A DNA stretch of 64,000 nt from Candidatus Poribacteria bacterium. Lineage in GTDB: Bacteria > Poribacteria > WGA-4E > WGA-3G. Positions 29,198 through 37,975 of the stretch are shown piece by piece (position 1 is the stretch's first letter; each line of letters starts with the position of its first letter). The position numbers and the translations under genes were made by a program. Location: NCBI GenBank assembly GCA_965205015.1, contig OZ242029.1:5376001-5440000 (forward strand). Direction: 5' to 3'. A model generated the notes under the pieces. The model was not told the origin of the DNA. It ran no database searches and saw only the letters and a list, made by a program, of their open reading frames with translations.

Positions 29198-30391
29198 TCA
29201 CCCAAAGCAGTAGAGGATTCCATCCTCGGTTCCGATGTAGATTCTGCCATTGGAGACACTGGGTGAGGCGACGATGGATGAACCCGTTGCGAATTCCCAC
29301 ACCGATTCCCCAGTCGTAATATCTAAAGCGATAAACAATCCCCGGGTTGTCCCCACAAAGGCACGCCTCCCGACAATGACGGCGGAAGACTCAATACGAG
29401 ATTTAGCGGTATACGTCCATAGCGACTCACCCGTCGCCTGTGAAAGCGCATGCACCATCTTATCGCGTCCTCCGATAATAACGCTGTCTTCCGTGAGGGC
29501 GGCGGAAGCAAAGAATGGGAATCTGCGTTTCGGATGCCGATACCGCCAAACAATTTCCCCAGTGTCTAAGGCAACCGCCAATATTTCGGTGCCATACGTG
29601 CCACAATAGACCCGATCTTGCGAAATCGCTGGACTCGCACCGACATACGCACCGAGATTTACCTGTTGCGTCTGTGTACCGTCGTCAATATTAATGACGC
29701 GAAGGTAACTGTCGCATCCGGTAACAATCGCGAAGTTCTCTGCCTTTTCGGAATCGCTTGCGACTTGCGTCCAGACGCCAGGGGTGCCGTGGACGTAGCC
29801 TTCAGTCTCTAATTTCCAGACCTGTTTTCCGTTCTCTCGGTTCAGACAGTAGAGGAATCCGTCATACGAGCCGAAAAGCACGCGGTCGCCAATGATGTTT
29901 GCCGATGATATGATTTCACCTTCCGTCGTGAACTGCCATTTCGCTTCTTGGGTGTTGATGTCCACCGCATGGAAAATCCCATCTCCATCACCGAAATAGA
30001 CGACGCCGTCGTGAATAGAGGGAGAGGCTTTGATCTGTGCCCCTGCTTGATACGTCCACCTTTGTTCGCCGGTTTGTGCCTCGATTGCGTAGAGAGTTCC
30101 ATCTAATGCACCAACATACACGCTGCCATCGACGACTGCAGCGGTGGATTCAATCATATCTCCTGCCTGAAAAGTCCAAAGCAATTGCGGATTTTCGGGG
30201 AGTTGGGAATCTGTGACACCCGTGAGTTGCGGGTTACCACGGAAACTTGCCCAGTTACCAAAAGATACATGTGAGGCGAGGAGCAATAGGAAAATTAGAA
30301 AAGTAGCAGGCACACGCCGTTGTGCCGTCGCTTTTAACTGGAAAGAGTTAGGATTGTCCTTGGGCGGTCGTATTTTAGTATACTTGTTCAT
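29198..30391 (-). CDS. Secreted PQQ-binding-like (BamB-type) beta-propeller repeat protein
   Basis: Signal peptide, WASFRGNPQLTG, repeated TGE..W.F/Y and SSP blades. Confidence 0.88.
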   Translation of the reverse strand: MNKYTKIRPPKDNPNSFQLKATAQRRVPATFLIFLLLLASHVSFGNWASFRGNPQLTGVTDSQLPENPQLLWTFQAGDMIESTAAVVDGSVYVGALDGTLYAIEAQTGEQRWTYQAGAQIKASPSIHDGVVYFGDGDGIFHAVDINTQEAKWQFTTEGEIISSANIIGDRVLFGSYDGFLYCLNRENGKQVWKLETEGYVHGTPGVWTQVASDSEKAENFAIVTGCDSYLRVINIDDGTQTQQVNLGAYVGASPAISQDRVYCGTYGTEILAVALDTGEIVWRYRHPKRRFPFFASAALTEDSVIIGGRDKMVHALSQATGESLWTYTAKSRIESSAVIVGRRAFVGTTRGLFIALDITTGESVWEFATGSSIVASPSVSNGRIYIGTEDGILYCFG

Positions 30392-31496
30392 AAAGTTTCA
30401 TAAAGTCTCTAATGTTGAGAGGACGCGGGTTAAACTGTGCTGTCCACTGTGTCGCCGCTTCCTCTGCCAATGTCGGTATATCTGCTGTTCCTATTGTGTG
30501 TTGGATGAGGTGATCCCGAAGTCTATTTGGCAAATTGCCGATCTGTTTTAGGGCTGTAATTCTGTCCGCTAAGTCTCCATCCGGATACAGTTCACGATAG
30601 GCGTCTCCTGCGACAGTACTATTGAATCGGATGACGTGCGGTAACAACAATGCGACGGCGACGCCGTGGGTAACCTCGTATCTCGCTGTCAAAGGGTTGG
30701 CGCAGGCGTGCGCGGCACCGAGCATCGAGTTTTCAATTGCCAGCCCGGCGAGGTAAGCACCAAACAACATTTTGCTTCGGGCGGTAGCGTTTTTGGGGTC
30801 AAGGCATGCCGCAAAATGCGTGTTCAACAATTCCCATGCGTGTTGTGCGAACATTCGAGACATCGGGTTGTGTCGGGTTGAGACGTAACTTTCAACAGCG
30901 TGTGCAATGGCGTCTATACCGGTGATTGCGGCGACGCGTCTCGGCAAGGTTTTCGTAAGTGTGGCATCCAAAATTACAGTCCCGAATCGTGCTTTTTTAT
31001 CGCCACACGCCATTTTGATATGTGTATCCGCCTGTGCGATGAGGGCATAGGACTGCGCTTCGCTGCCTGTGCCGATCGTGGTCGGGATACCGACAGAGGG
31101 GAGCATCGGTTGTGTTGCTCTGTTTGTACCCCAGTAGTCCTCCATCTTTCCACCGTTTGTGAGCAGAAAGTTTACGCCTTTCGCACAATCCATTGAACTG
31201 CCGCCGCCGAGTCCGATGATGATATCTATCGGCGCGTTGATTTTCGCAACTGCAAGCGCGGCGTCAACGTCTTTTGTCGTTGGGTTGGACGTGACATCAG
31301 CAAAAACATAGGTGGCGATCCTTTCGCTTTGCAGTGCTGAGACGGCGCTTGCGAGGATGCCTGCCTTTTCGATACCGGTGTCTGTCACAATAAGGACGCG
31401 ACTCCCACCGCGTTCGCGGGTCAGCGCACCGAGTCTCTCGATTGTGTTATTACCGAAGATGACCTGTTGGTTCAGTTCGCAGTCGAAAGTTTCCAT
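30375..31496 (-). CDS. Iron-containing alcohol dehydrogenase
   Basis: GLGGGSSMDCAKG, IPTTIGTGSE, GIDAIAHAVES, GAAHA, HGVAVA. Confidence 0.92.
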   Translation of the reverse strand: METFDCELNQQVIFGNNTIERLGALTRERGGSRVLIVTDTGIEKAGILASAVSALQSERIATYVFADVTSNPTTKDVDAALAVAKINAPIDIIIGLGGGSSMDCAKGVNFLLTNGGKMEDYWGTNRATQPMLPSVGIPTTIGTGSEAQSYALIAQADTHIKMACGDKKARFGTVILDATLTKTLPRRVAAITGIDAIAHAVESYVSTRHNPMSRMFAQHAWELLNTHFAACLDPKNATARSKMLFGAYLAGLAIENSMLGAAHACANPLTARYEVTHGVAVALLLPHVIRFNSTVAGDAYRELYPDGDLADRITALKQIGNLPNRLRDHLIQHTIGTADIPTLAEEAATQWTAQFNPRPLNIRDFMKLYEQVY

Positions 31497-31775
31497 CTTT
31501 TCAACTATGGCCTCCGATTCGCTCTCCACTCCGTGACGAGCGGGTTTTTAGTTAATTCGTGACTGGGTTAGAACCCATGTAATGGAGAGCAGTCCAAGGG
31601 ATCATAGATAAAAAAACCTCGCTTTTCTGAGGCATGCCAGCGCGGTATTACCTCGTAACAAGCTCCTATAACAGGATACCAGAATTTAAGAGGGAAAATC
31701 AAGGGAAAGGTAAATTGTCTCAGTAGCGAGGTTTTATGAGGGGTAAGAGGTGATTGGATGGTATTGGTGTTAATT

Positions 31776-31908
31776 GTCTGAATCGCGGATTACATGGATC
31801 GCGCAGATTTCGCGGATTGAAAGCGTCTGGCATTGGGGAATGGAGCTGGATATCTGTCAGAATCGCGGATTATCGCGGAGGACGCGAATTGCACAGATTA
31901 CACGGATT
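31776..31908. repeat. Low-complexity 9-nt-periodic intergenic repeat (CGCGGATT / CACAGATT units), two blocks
   Basis: tgtctgaatcgcggatt... and tgtcagaatcgcggatt... blocks; a related tgtcagaatcgc occurs near 34402. Confidence 0.5.
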
Positions 31909-31916
31909 CTGTTGCG

Positions 31917-32510
31917 TTAGGGTAGGTGGCTTCCACCACCGGTTTGCGACCAGAAATCTTCGGCAACTTGTTGATGGTTCTGATGCAGCCAAAGATGAAT
32001 CCGCCTTAGAATGCGAGGCAATCCTTTTTGCGGCAAGTTTTCTACTTCCCAACTCGCCATTTGCCTCCGTAGCGAACTATCAATCGGGTTTTCAACCCCA
32101 ATATCTACTTGATGGCAGGCTTGTATGAGTTTATGGTCATCCGTGGCAAGGATGTTAGCATTACGAGTGAGCGTTGTTTGCACCAGAACTGCATCAGTGA
32201 TGTCAATTTCTAAAGTGTCAGCACTCTGCATTGCGGCGAGCGTAATAGGTAAGTCTACTTCAACAATTTCTATAGGTCCCGCGGAAAAATGGGAAAGTTG
32301 TTGTGAGGCAAGGTTGACATCTACCGCATAAACCTTTGTGAGAATCGCCTTTGCTTCAAGCAGGGTAAGCGTTGTCGTGAACCAACTCGTGTGGTCTCGG
32401 ATAAACGACTCGCACGCGGCAGATGCGGGATGGTTGTCAAGCAAGGAGTAGACAATCAGCATCGCGTCTAAGCCACGCGACGCGAATTGATCAGAAGATA
32501 AGGTCATCAC
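31917..32510 (-). CDS. PIN domain (VapC-like) toxin with C-terminal extension
   Basis: Acidic PIN positions LDAM, TLLE, ITDA, LATDD. Confidence 0.75.
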   Translation of the reverse strand: MMTLSSDQFASRGLDAMLIVYSLLDNHPASAACESFIRDHTSWFTTTLTLLEAKAILTKVYAVDVNLASQQLSHFSAGPIEIVEVDLPITLAAMQSADTLEIDITDAVLVQTTLTRNANILATDDHKLIQACHQVDIGVENPIDSSLRRQMASWEVENLPQKGLPRILRRIHLWLHQNHQQVAEDFWSQTGGGSHLP

Positions 32511-32727
32511 CGCTTACCTCGGACAAGTCTAATGCCGAAGGGTTCCCCATTTTGAGTTTCTCGGCATAAATCTCATCCCACGTCTGGGCAGCGTGGGGAC
32601 GGATTAGGATACCATCATCTGTCCTTTCAAGCACGACCCCCGATTCCAACCCCAATTCTTTCACCCAGTCAAGGGGCAATTTGATCTTATAATCAGTCTC
32701 CAACGCAAGTGTTTTCATGGTATTCAC
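32491..32727 (-). CDS. AbrB/MazE-like antitoxin
   Basis: IKLPLDWVKELGL..GVVLE..DGILIRP; overlaps the PIN gene start. Confidence 0.75.
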   Translation of the reverse strand: MNTMKTLALETDYKIKLPLDWVKELGLESGVVLERTDDGILIRPHAAQTWDEIYAEKLKMGNPSALDLSEVSGDDLIF

Positions 32728-32868
32728 CTCTTCCTATAAATGTTAAAGAAAGTATATCATAACTTGCGTCAGTTATCAACAGTTTTGAGTAGGCTTTTCT
32801 AAGCGGATTGACACTCTGTAACATCAAGTTATCTGCTAAGAGGACGGCTTTGTGTTTTACTGCTATGT

Positions 32869-34236
32869 CTACAACGGGGTTAGCAGTGCGGCAAGGTCTT
32901 CTGGCAACTGAATACCGGTTTTCTGCTCAAAATTTGTAATACTTCCATATATTTGACAAAACGATCCGATGATATCTACCCCATTTTCCTGAACACGGGT
33001 TAGATCTGCTCTGGCTTTATCCCATTTTTGAAAGTGGAACCATACTAAGGCGCGACAGCAATAAGCATTGATAAAACTGGGATTCATTTGTATCGCTTCG
33101 TTATAGTTTTCTATAGCAAGGTCAAATTCGCCTTTTTGACAATAAGCACTTCCACGATTGAAATAGGCCTCAGCAAGTTTTGGGGTAAACCTTATTGCTG
33201 TGGTATAGTCTTCTATAGCAAGACCAATCTCGTATTTTTGAAAGTAAGCATTGCCCCGATTGACATAAGCGTCAACATAACAGGGATCAATCTGTAATGC
33301 TGTATTACAGTCATCAATGGCTTTGTCTACCTGACCTTTTTTGAGGTAGGCATTGCTGCGATTACTATATGCTTCGGTGCAATTGGGATCGAGTGTACTG
33401 CCTCCCTACGACAGATATGTGAGGTGCTGGGTTTCACCCGAAGTAACCTCTATTATCAACCGAAGCAAGACCCGTCTGAAGACATCCTCTGCGATGAAAT
33501 GGAGGCGTTGGACCCTGCGGTATCCGACGTATGGATACAGGCGTATCACACAGCTGCTACAGCGGATGGGATACACCGTTGGGTCTAAGCGTGTTGCGCG
33601 CGTGATGAAAGCAACAAACCTATCAGTCGCAGTCAAGCGTGTCTGTCAGACCTCAACATCGCTTGACGAACCGCTGCCGTGGGTGAATCGCCTTCAGACC
33701 CTTGAGGTTTCACGATGTGATCAGGTCTCTGGGTTGGCGATATGACCTATGTCCATCTGAAAAGCAGGTTCGTGTATGTTGCTCTGCTCATGGATGTCTT
33801 TACGCGCATGATTAGAGGGTGGCATCTGAGTCAGCACTTGACGCAACCGCTGACGCTCAAACCGCTCGAAGAGGCGTTGTACCACGGCGTCCCGGAGATT
33901 CATCATTCCGATCAAGGCGTGCAGTATCTTTCAAAAGCTTATATTACCACGCTACAAGCACATGGCGTTGAGATTTCCGTCGCAGAGCGCGGACGCCCTT
34001 GGAAGAATGGATATGCTGAAAGACTCATCCGCTTGTTTCACATAGCCTACGAACAAGTCATCCAATAAATCGGGATCAGCATCGACTTGCTTTTCCAAAC
34101 GACGGTAAGCACTGCTGGTCACGCGCCACGCCTCGTTTTCTTGACCCCGATAGAGATACGTTATTTCAGGACGTGTTATCTTATCTATTTGGCTAATGTA
34201 GTTTGTTAAATTAGAGATTTCAATGGGTGTATTCAT
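32869..34236 (-). pseudogene. FRG-domain/TPR protein disrupted by an IS3 fragment
   Basis: 5' part YLYRGQ.NEAW.V.SSAYRRL (FRG). The 3' part, from about 33395, reads in frame as TPRs (AYSNRSNAY, AYVNRGNAY, AYFNRGSAY) to the stop at 32869. Confidence 0.75.
33394..34032 (+). mobile_element. IS3-family transposase (OrfB) internal fragment, frameshifted
   Basis: SLRQICEVLG..RS.LYY, YPTYGYRRI, MDVFTR.I.GW, HHSDQGVQY, NGYAERLIR. No terminal inverted repeats seen. Confidence 0.85.
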
Positions 34237-34276
34237 GTATTGTCGTTTCTATCCTATATTCCTCTGACTAATCTCA

Positions 34277-34305
34277 ATTATACAACCGAGGGGTGGGTTT
34301 GTCAA
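34277..34305 (-). promoter_or_regulatory. Perfect-consensus sigma70 promoter upstream of the FRG-TPR pseudogene
   Basis: TTGACA-17 nt-TATAAT. Confidence 0.8.
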
Positions 34306-34708
34306 TCTTAATTTTCAAGATCATTTACCCCCATTTTTAAAAGCGTTGAGAATATAGTTGTTATGGATTGATGTTTATGTTTGGTGGCGAGTTTTTACCA
34401 TTGTCAGAATCGCAGTCTCAGTTTCGGTTACGCGGTATTATGAGTATACCAGCGGACAATCTCATTTTCAGGGAAACTTCGGCTTGGAGTTGCATGTTTA
34501 AGGAGGGAAGTTTGTGTGTTCAGGTGCTGTAATAGCCTTTAATTCCACCAATGTTCTGACGGCTACTACAAAGGGGATTGGGATTGGATATTCCCCTACA
34601 AATATAGTGTGAGGCGAGGTTCGTAAACCTCGCCAGCGAACTATAGAGGACTTCTTGTAATCCGGTGTGATGTATGATGAAACCTGTGGTTCACAAAAAT
34701 GCCCGACT

Positions 34709-35545
34709 TTATTTGTACGCAGATTTCAGGGAACCCCATGTTGTGCTCAGTTTGCCAGCCGGATCAACGCTGGTCGTTGAATCGACAAACGGATCTTCAG
34801 GACCGGTGGCGAGATGTGCAATCTCGTCTTCAGTGAGTGCTCTGTGGAACATCAGGAATTCATCCAAAAGCCCGTTGAATGCCCACGTAGGTCCCACGTT
34901 ACCATCAAAAGCAGGTGCCTCTGAACCGATCCCGATGAACCCGAACCGTGCTGCTCCCGCACCGATGACCTCCGTCGGAGAGTCAATTTTTTCATCGAGT
35001 TTGCCATCAACATAGATACGCTTCTCTTCGCCATCAAAGACTGCGACGAGATGATGCCAGTTGTCATCGGCGACATCCGTTTTGCCATACCAATCGTGAA
35101 TTGGACAGCAGTGATCGAAAGCAACGAAAGTCGTGCCGTTGTTGCCACCCACGTCATCACCGACAGCAAAGCGGAAGAATTCGCTCCGATCCCACGACGC
35201 AATCATCCCTCTTACGCCTGTTTTCGACCAGACAGCAAGACTGAGTGCCGGGAACGGTTCTGCGTAGTTATGATTCCGCACCGAGATATATTGGGCGGAG
35301 TCTCCTGGAAGCTCTATAGCACCTCCCACTTTGCCTGCCACGATCTGTAAATCGTCGCCGTGGAGGAAACCATCATTCCCGTTGCCAGACCCATCGAGGA
35401 CATCATCCCCCTGCTGGGTATCCTCGTTGAAACTGTAGTAGATAACAAGGTCTGCGTCACTAACGCTCTGCGCGTGGCTTGTTAGGACCGCTCCTGTCAG
35501 CATTAGACCCAACATCAAAAATCTGAAGATAAAAGAAGTTTTCAT
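34709..35545 (-). CDS. Secreted LamG-like protein with C-terminal VxPxGKLxxTW tail
   Basis: Signal peptide from ATG 35545 (AGGAG). YYSFNE, DGSGNGNDG, WHHLVAVFDG, YVDG, FNGLLDE. Ends VDPAGKLSTTWGSLK. Confidence 0.85.
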   Translation of the reverse strand: MKTSFIFRFLMLGLMLTGAVLTSHAQSVSDADLVIYYSFNEDTQQGDDVLDGSGNGNDGFLHGDDLQIVAGKVGGAIELPGDSAQYISVRNHNYAEPFPALSLAVWSKTGVRGMIASWDRSEFFRFAVGDDVGGNNGTTFVAFDHCCPIHDWYGKTDVADDNWHHLVAVFDGEEKRIYVDGKLDEKIDSPTEVIGAGAARFGFIGIGSEAPAFDGNVGPTWAFNGLLDEFLMFHRALTEDEIAHLATGPEDPFVDSTTSVDPAGKLSTTWGSLKSAYK

Positions 35546-35875
35546 TGGTGTTCTCCTTGCTATGCAAGCATGTATTTTCAAAGACGCTACTGTGCCAAAA
35601 CCTCAAGTCCTGCGCCCTACACACGACTATAAAATGAGGTTTCCTAACAGTACTGCTTACCATCTTCACACGGAGGGTGCGGTTACGAACTGTCCCCGCA
35701 CAGGAAACAAATGTGTGTAGGTCTTGAAGTTTATGAGATTATATAAGTTATAGGTGAATTTGTCAATACCATTTTTAACTTCTACAATTCAGATGCCTTC
35801 GAATGCATGATAACATGTATCAGGAAATGAACGGGGGTCCGCTACCAGACTGGAGAGGCGTTTTGGCTTGACAGG

Positions 35876-36649
35876 CTAAATGGAGAGCGCGCACAGGTCT
35901 TCGGTGTGCCAACTGACAGTGCGATCATCAATCTTCTCTGCACCCCGTTTCAGGTACCCATCAATTGGTTTGCCTTCGAGCACTCGGACTTCAAACGTAT
36001 AAGGCGGATCAATTTTCAGTGGGGCGATCTCAGTGATGTTTCGGCAAGCCGTCGCGGCAGTCTCTCGAATCAGTTCTCTTGATCGTTGCGGTGATAGATG
36101 CAACGCAAGTTCCTGTCCGAGTCCTTGTTTGGTTTCAACGCCGTAAATGTCGGGTATAAGTTGTTTCGCCTCTGCAACCGCTTTATCGTCGCCGGAGATG
36201 AAAACCGTTGGGACATTGAAACTGCCTGCAAGTGCTGCACGACATCCGAATTCTCCGATCATTTCTCCGTTGAGTTTGTAGTATTCAATTGACAAAGAAG
36301 AATACGTATGACTCAATGGCGCGTTTGGCGTGCCTGCCATAGCGTGTTGCCCTAAGAAAAAGAGGGCGTCGTAGGTTACGTCGAGGAAGTAGGGCGGACG
36401 AATAGGACCCCGCGCAATTAACTTCGCCTTCGGATGGAATTCGAGCACATCAATACCGCCAGTCCCGTGCCCGTCCCAGACCACGATTTCTGCGTCTGCA
36501 TCCACATCAAGGATGCCATCAACGGCAGCATTTAACTCCTGCGTCAACAATTTCATGGCTGTCTGTTTCTGGGGACCTTCTTCACGGGTTTGACTGAAGC
36601 GGGATACCATCGCAACCCCTTCTAAGTCGGTTAAGATATAAATCTTCAT
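35876..36649 (-). CDS. M55 family D-aminopeptidase (DppA-like)
   Basis: MKIYILTDLEGV, DGH, GQHAMAG, LSHT, GEFG, ISGDD. Confidence 0.9.
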   Translation of the reverse strand: MKIYILTDLEGVAMVSRFSQTREEGPQKQTAMKLLTQELNAAVDGILDVDADAEIVVWDGHGTGGIDVLEFHPKAKLIARGPIRPPYFLDVTYDALFFLGQHAMAGTPNAPLSHTYSSLSIEYYKLNGEMIGEFGCRAALAGSFNVPTVFISGDDKAVAEAKQLIPDIYGVETKQGLGQELALHLSPQRSRELIRETAATACRNITEIAPLKIDPPYTFEVRVLEGKPIDGYLKRGAEKIDDRTVSWHTEDLCALSI

Positions 36650-36677
36650 GGTCGGGATCCTGTAAATAGCCCCCTAC

Positions 36678-36790
36678 GGGGTAGGCACAAGACCTACCCC
36701 TACGGTAGGGTAGGCACAAGACCTATTGCTACGGTAGGGTAGGCACAAGACCTATTGCTACGGTAGGGTAGGCACAAGACCTACCCCTAC
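36678..36790. repeat. Tandem array of four 29-nt-period GTAG-type REP units
   Basis: (ggta)gggtaggcacaagaccta(cccc/ttgc)tac repeated four times with no unique spacers. Confidence 0.85.
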
Positions 36791-36842
36791 ACTTTATTGA
36801 AACGCCCAAAATTTGTGAGTAGCAACTTGGGTTATAGGACTC

Positions 36843-37889
36843 CTATGACACAGTCCACGTTTCGCCGTCGTTAAGGAGTGCTTCGAGGTTGCCTTCGCCC
36901 ATCCGTTCTTTTGCGGTGCGGATCTGGTTCGTCATCAGGTCCTCGTAACACGGGTGCCTGATACTGCGGAAAATGCCGATGGGATCCGGCAGGTCAAGCG
37001 TATCACTCATCCGTGCGAGGAAATTCGCCAAAGTGGTGTCCTCCGCATACTGGTCGTGGACGATGAGGTCATCCGTGGAGTATTCGCCGTTTGTGGTTTT
37101 CACGACTTCGGGTTGGAAACCGTTCAGTCGGATACCCTTATCGCGTTCGGCGCCGAAGACGAGAGGTTCATTGTGTTCCAGAACCACCGTGTTGTCAGCC
37201 TTTGTATCTTTTTCCGTGTATTGGAAGAAGGCACCGTCGTTAAACACGTTGCAGTTTTGGTAGATTTCGATAAACGAAGTGCCTTTGTGTTCAAACGCGG
37301 ATTTGATAATGGCTCGGAGGTGATTTGGATCTCTATCCAGCGAGCGCGCCACGAATGTAGCACCGGAAGCCAATGCGAGACTAATCGGATTAAAGGGAGT
37401 ATCTACCGAACCGAGAGGCGTGGATTTCGTCTGTTTCCCTTGCTCGGATGTCGGGGAGTATTGCCCCTTCGTCAATCCGTAGATACGATTGTTAAAGAGC
37501 AAAACGTTAACGTCGAAATTGCGGCGCATCAGGTGGATGAAATGGTTGCCACCGATTGAGAGTGCATCACCATCGCCTGTGATGACCCATACAGAGAGGT
37601 CGGGATTCGCCATTTTTACACCGGAGGCGATCGTTGGGGCTCTACCGTGGATGGTATGGAAGCCGTAGGTGTCCATGTAGTACGGAAATCGACTCGAACA
37701 CCCGATGCCGGAGATAAAGACAATGTTCTCTTTGGGGATGCCGAGTTCCGGCATAATACGTTGGGTCTGCGCGAGGATGGAGTAATCACCACAACCTGGG
37801 CACCATCGGACATCTTGGTCGGATTCAAAATCCTTTTTAGAGAGGGTGGGTGCCCCAGCGGGGATGCGTGAGGATCTTTTTCTTCTCAT
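36843..37889 (-). CDS. korB: 2-oxoacid:ferredoxin oxidoreductase beta subunit
   Basis: WCPGCGD, SGIGCSSR, HTIHGRA, GDGDALSIGGNH, YGLTKGQYSPT. Confidence 0.92.
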   Translation of the reverse strand: MRRKRSSRIPAGAPTLSKKDFESDQDVRWCPGCGDYSILAQTQRIMPELGIPKENIVFISGIGCSSRFPYYMDTYGFHTIHGRAPTIASGVKMANPDLSVWVITGDGDALSIGGNHFIHLMRRNFDVNVLLFNNRIYGLTKGQYSPTSEQGKQTKSTPLGSVDTPFNPISLALASGATFVARSLDRDPNHLRAIIKSAFEHKGTSFIEIYQNCNVFNDGAFFQYTEKDTKADNTVVLEHNEPLVFGAERDKGIRLNGFQPEVVKTTNGEYSTDDLIVHDQYAEDTTLANFLARMSDTLDLPDPIGIFRSIRHPCYEDLMTNQIRTAKERMGEGNLEALLNDGETWTVS

Positions 37890-37975
37890 GGTTTGTTTAC
37901 CGTCTTTTTTCGTAAACCCTATAGGCAGGATTTCCAACCCAACCAGTAGGGGGCGGGTATTGCGGGCGTTAGGAC

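Noticed and set aside
34440-34580. Minus-strand LVELKA fragment resembling a GxxExxY protein remnant
   Set aside because: Too short and degraded to support.
36678-36790. Possible CRISPR array
   Set aside because: The units abut with no unique spacers, and the GTAG-headed palindromes indicate REP elements.
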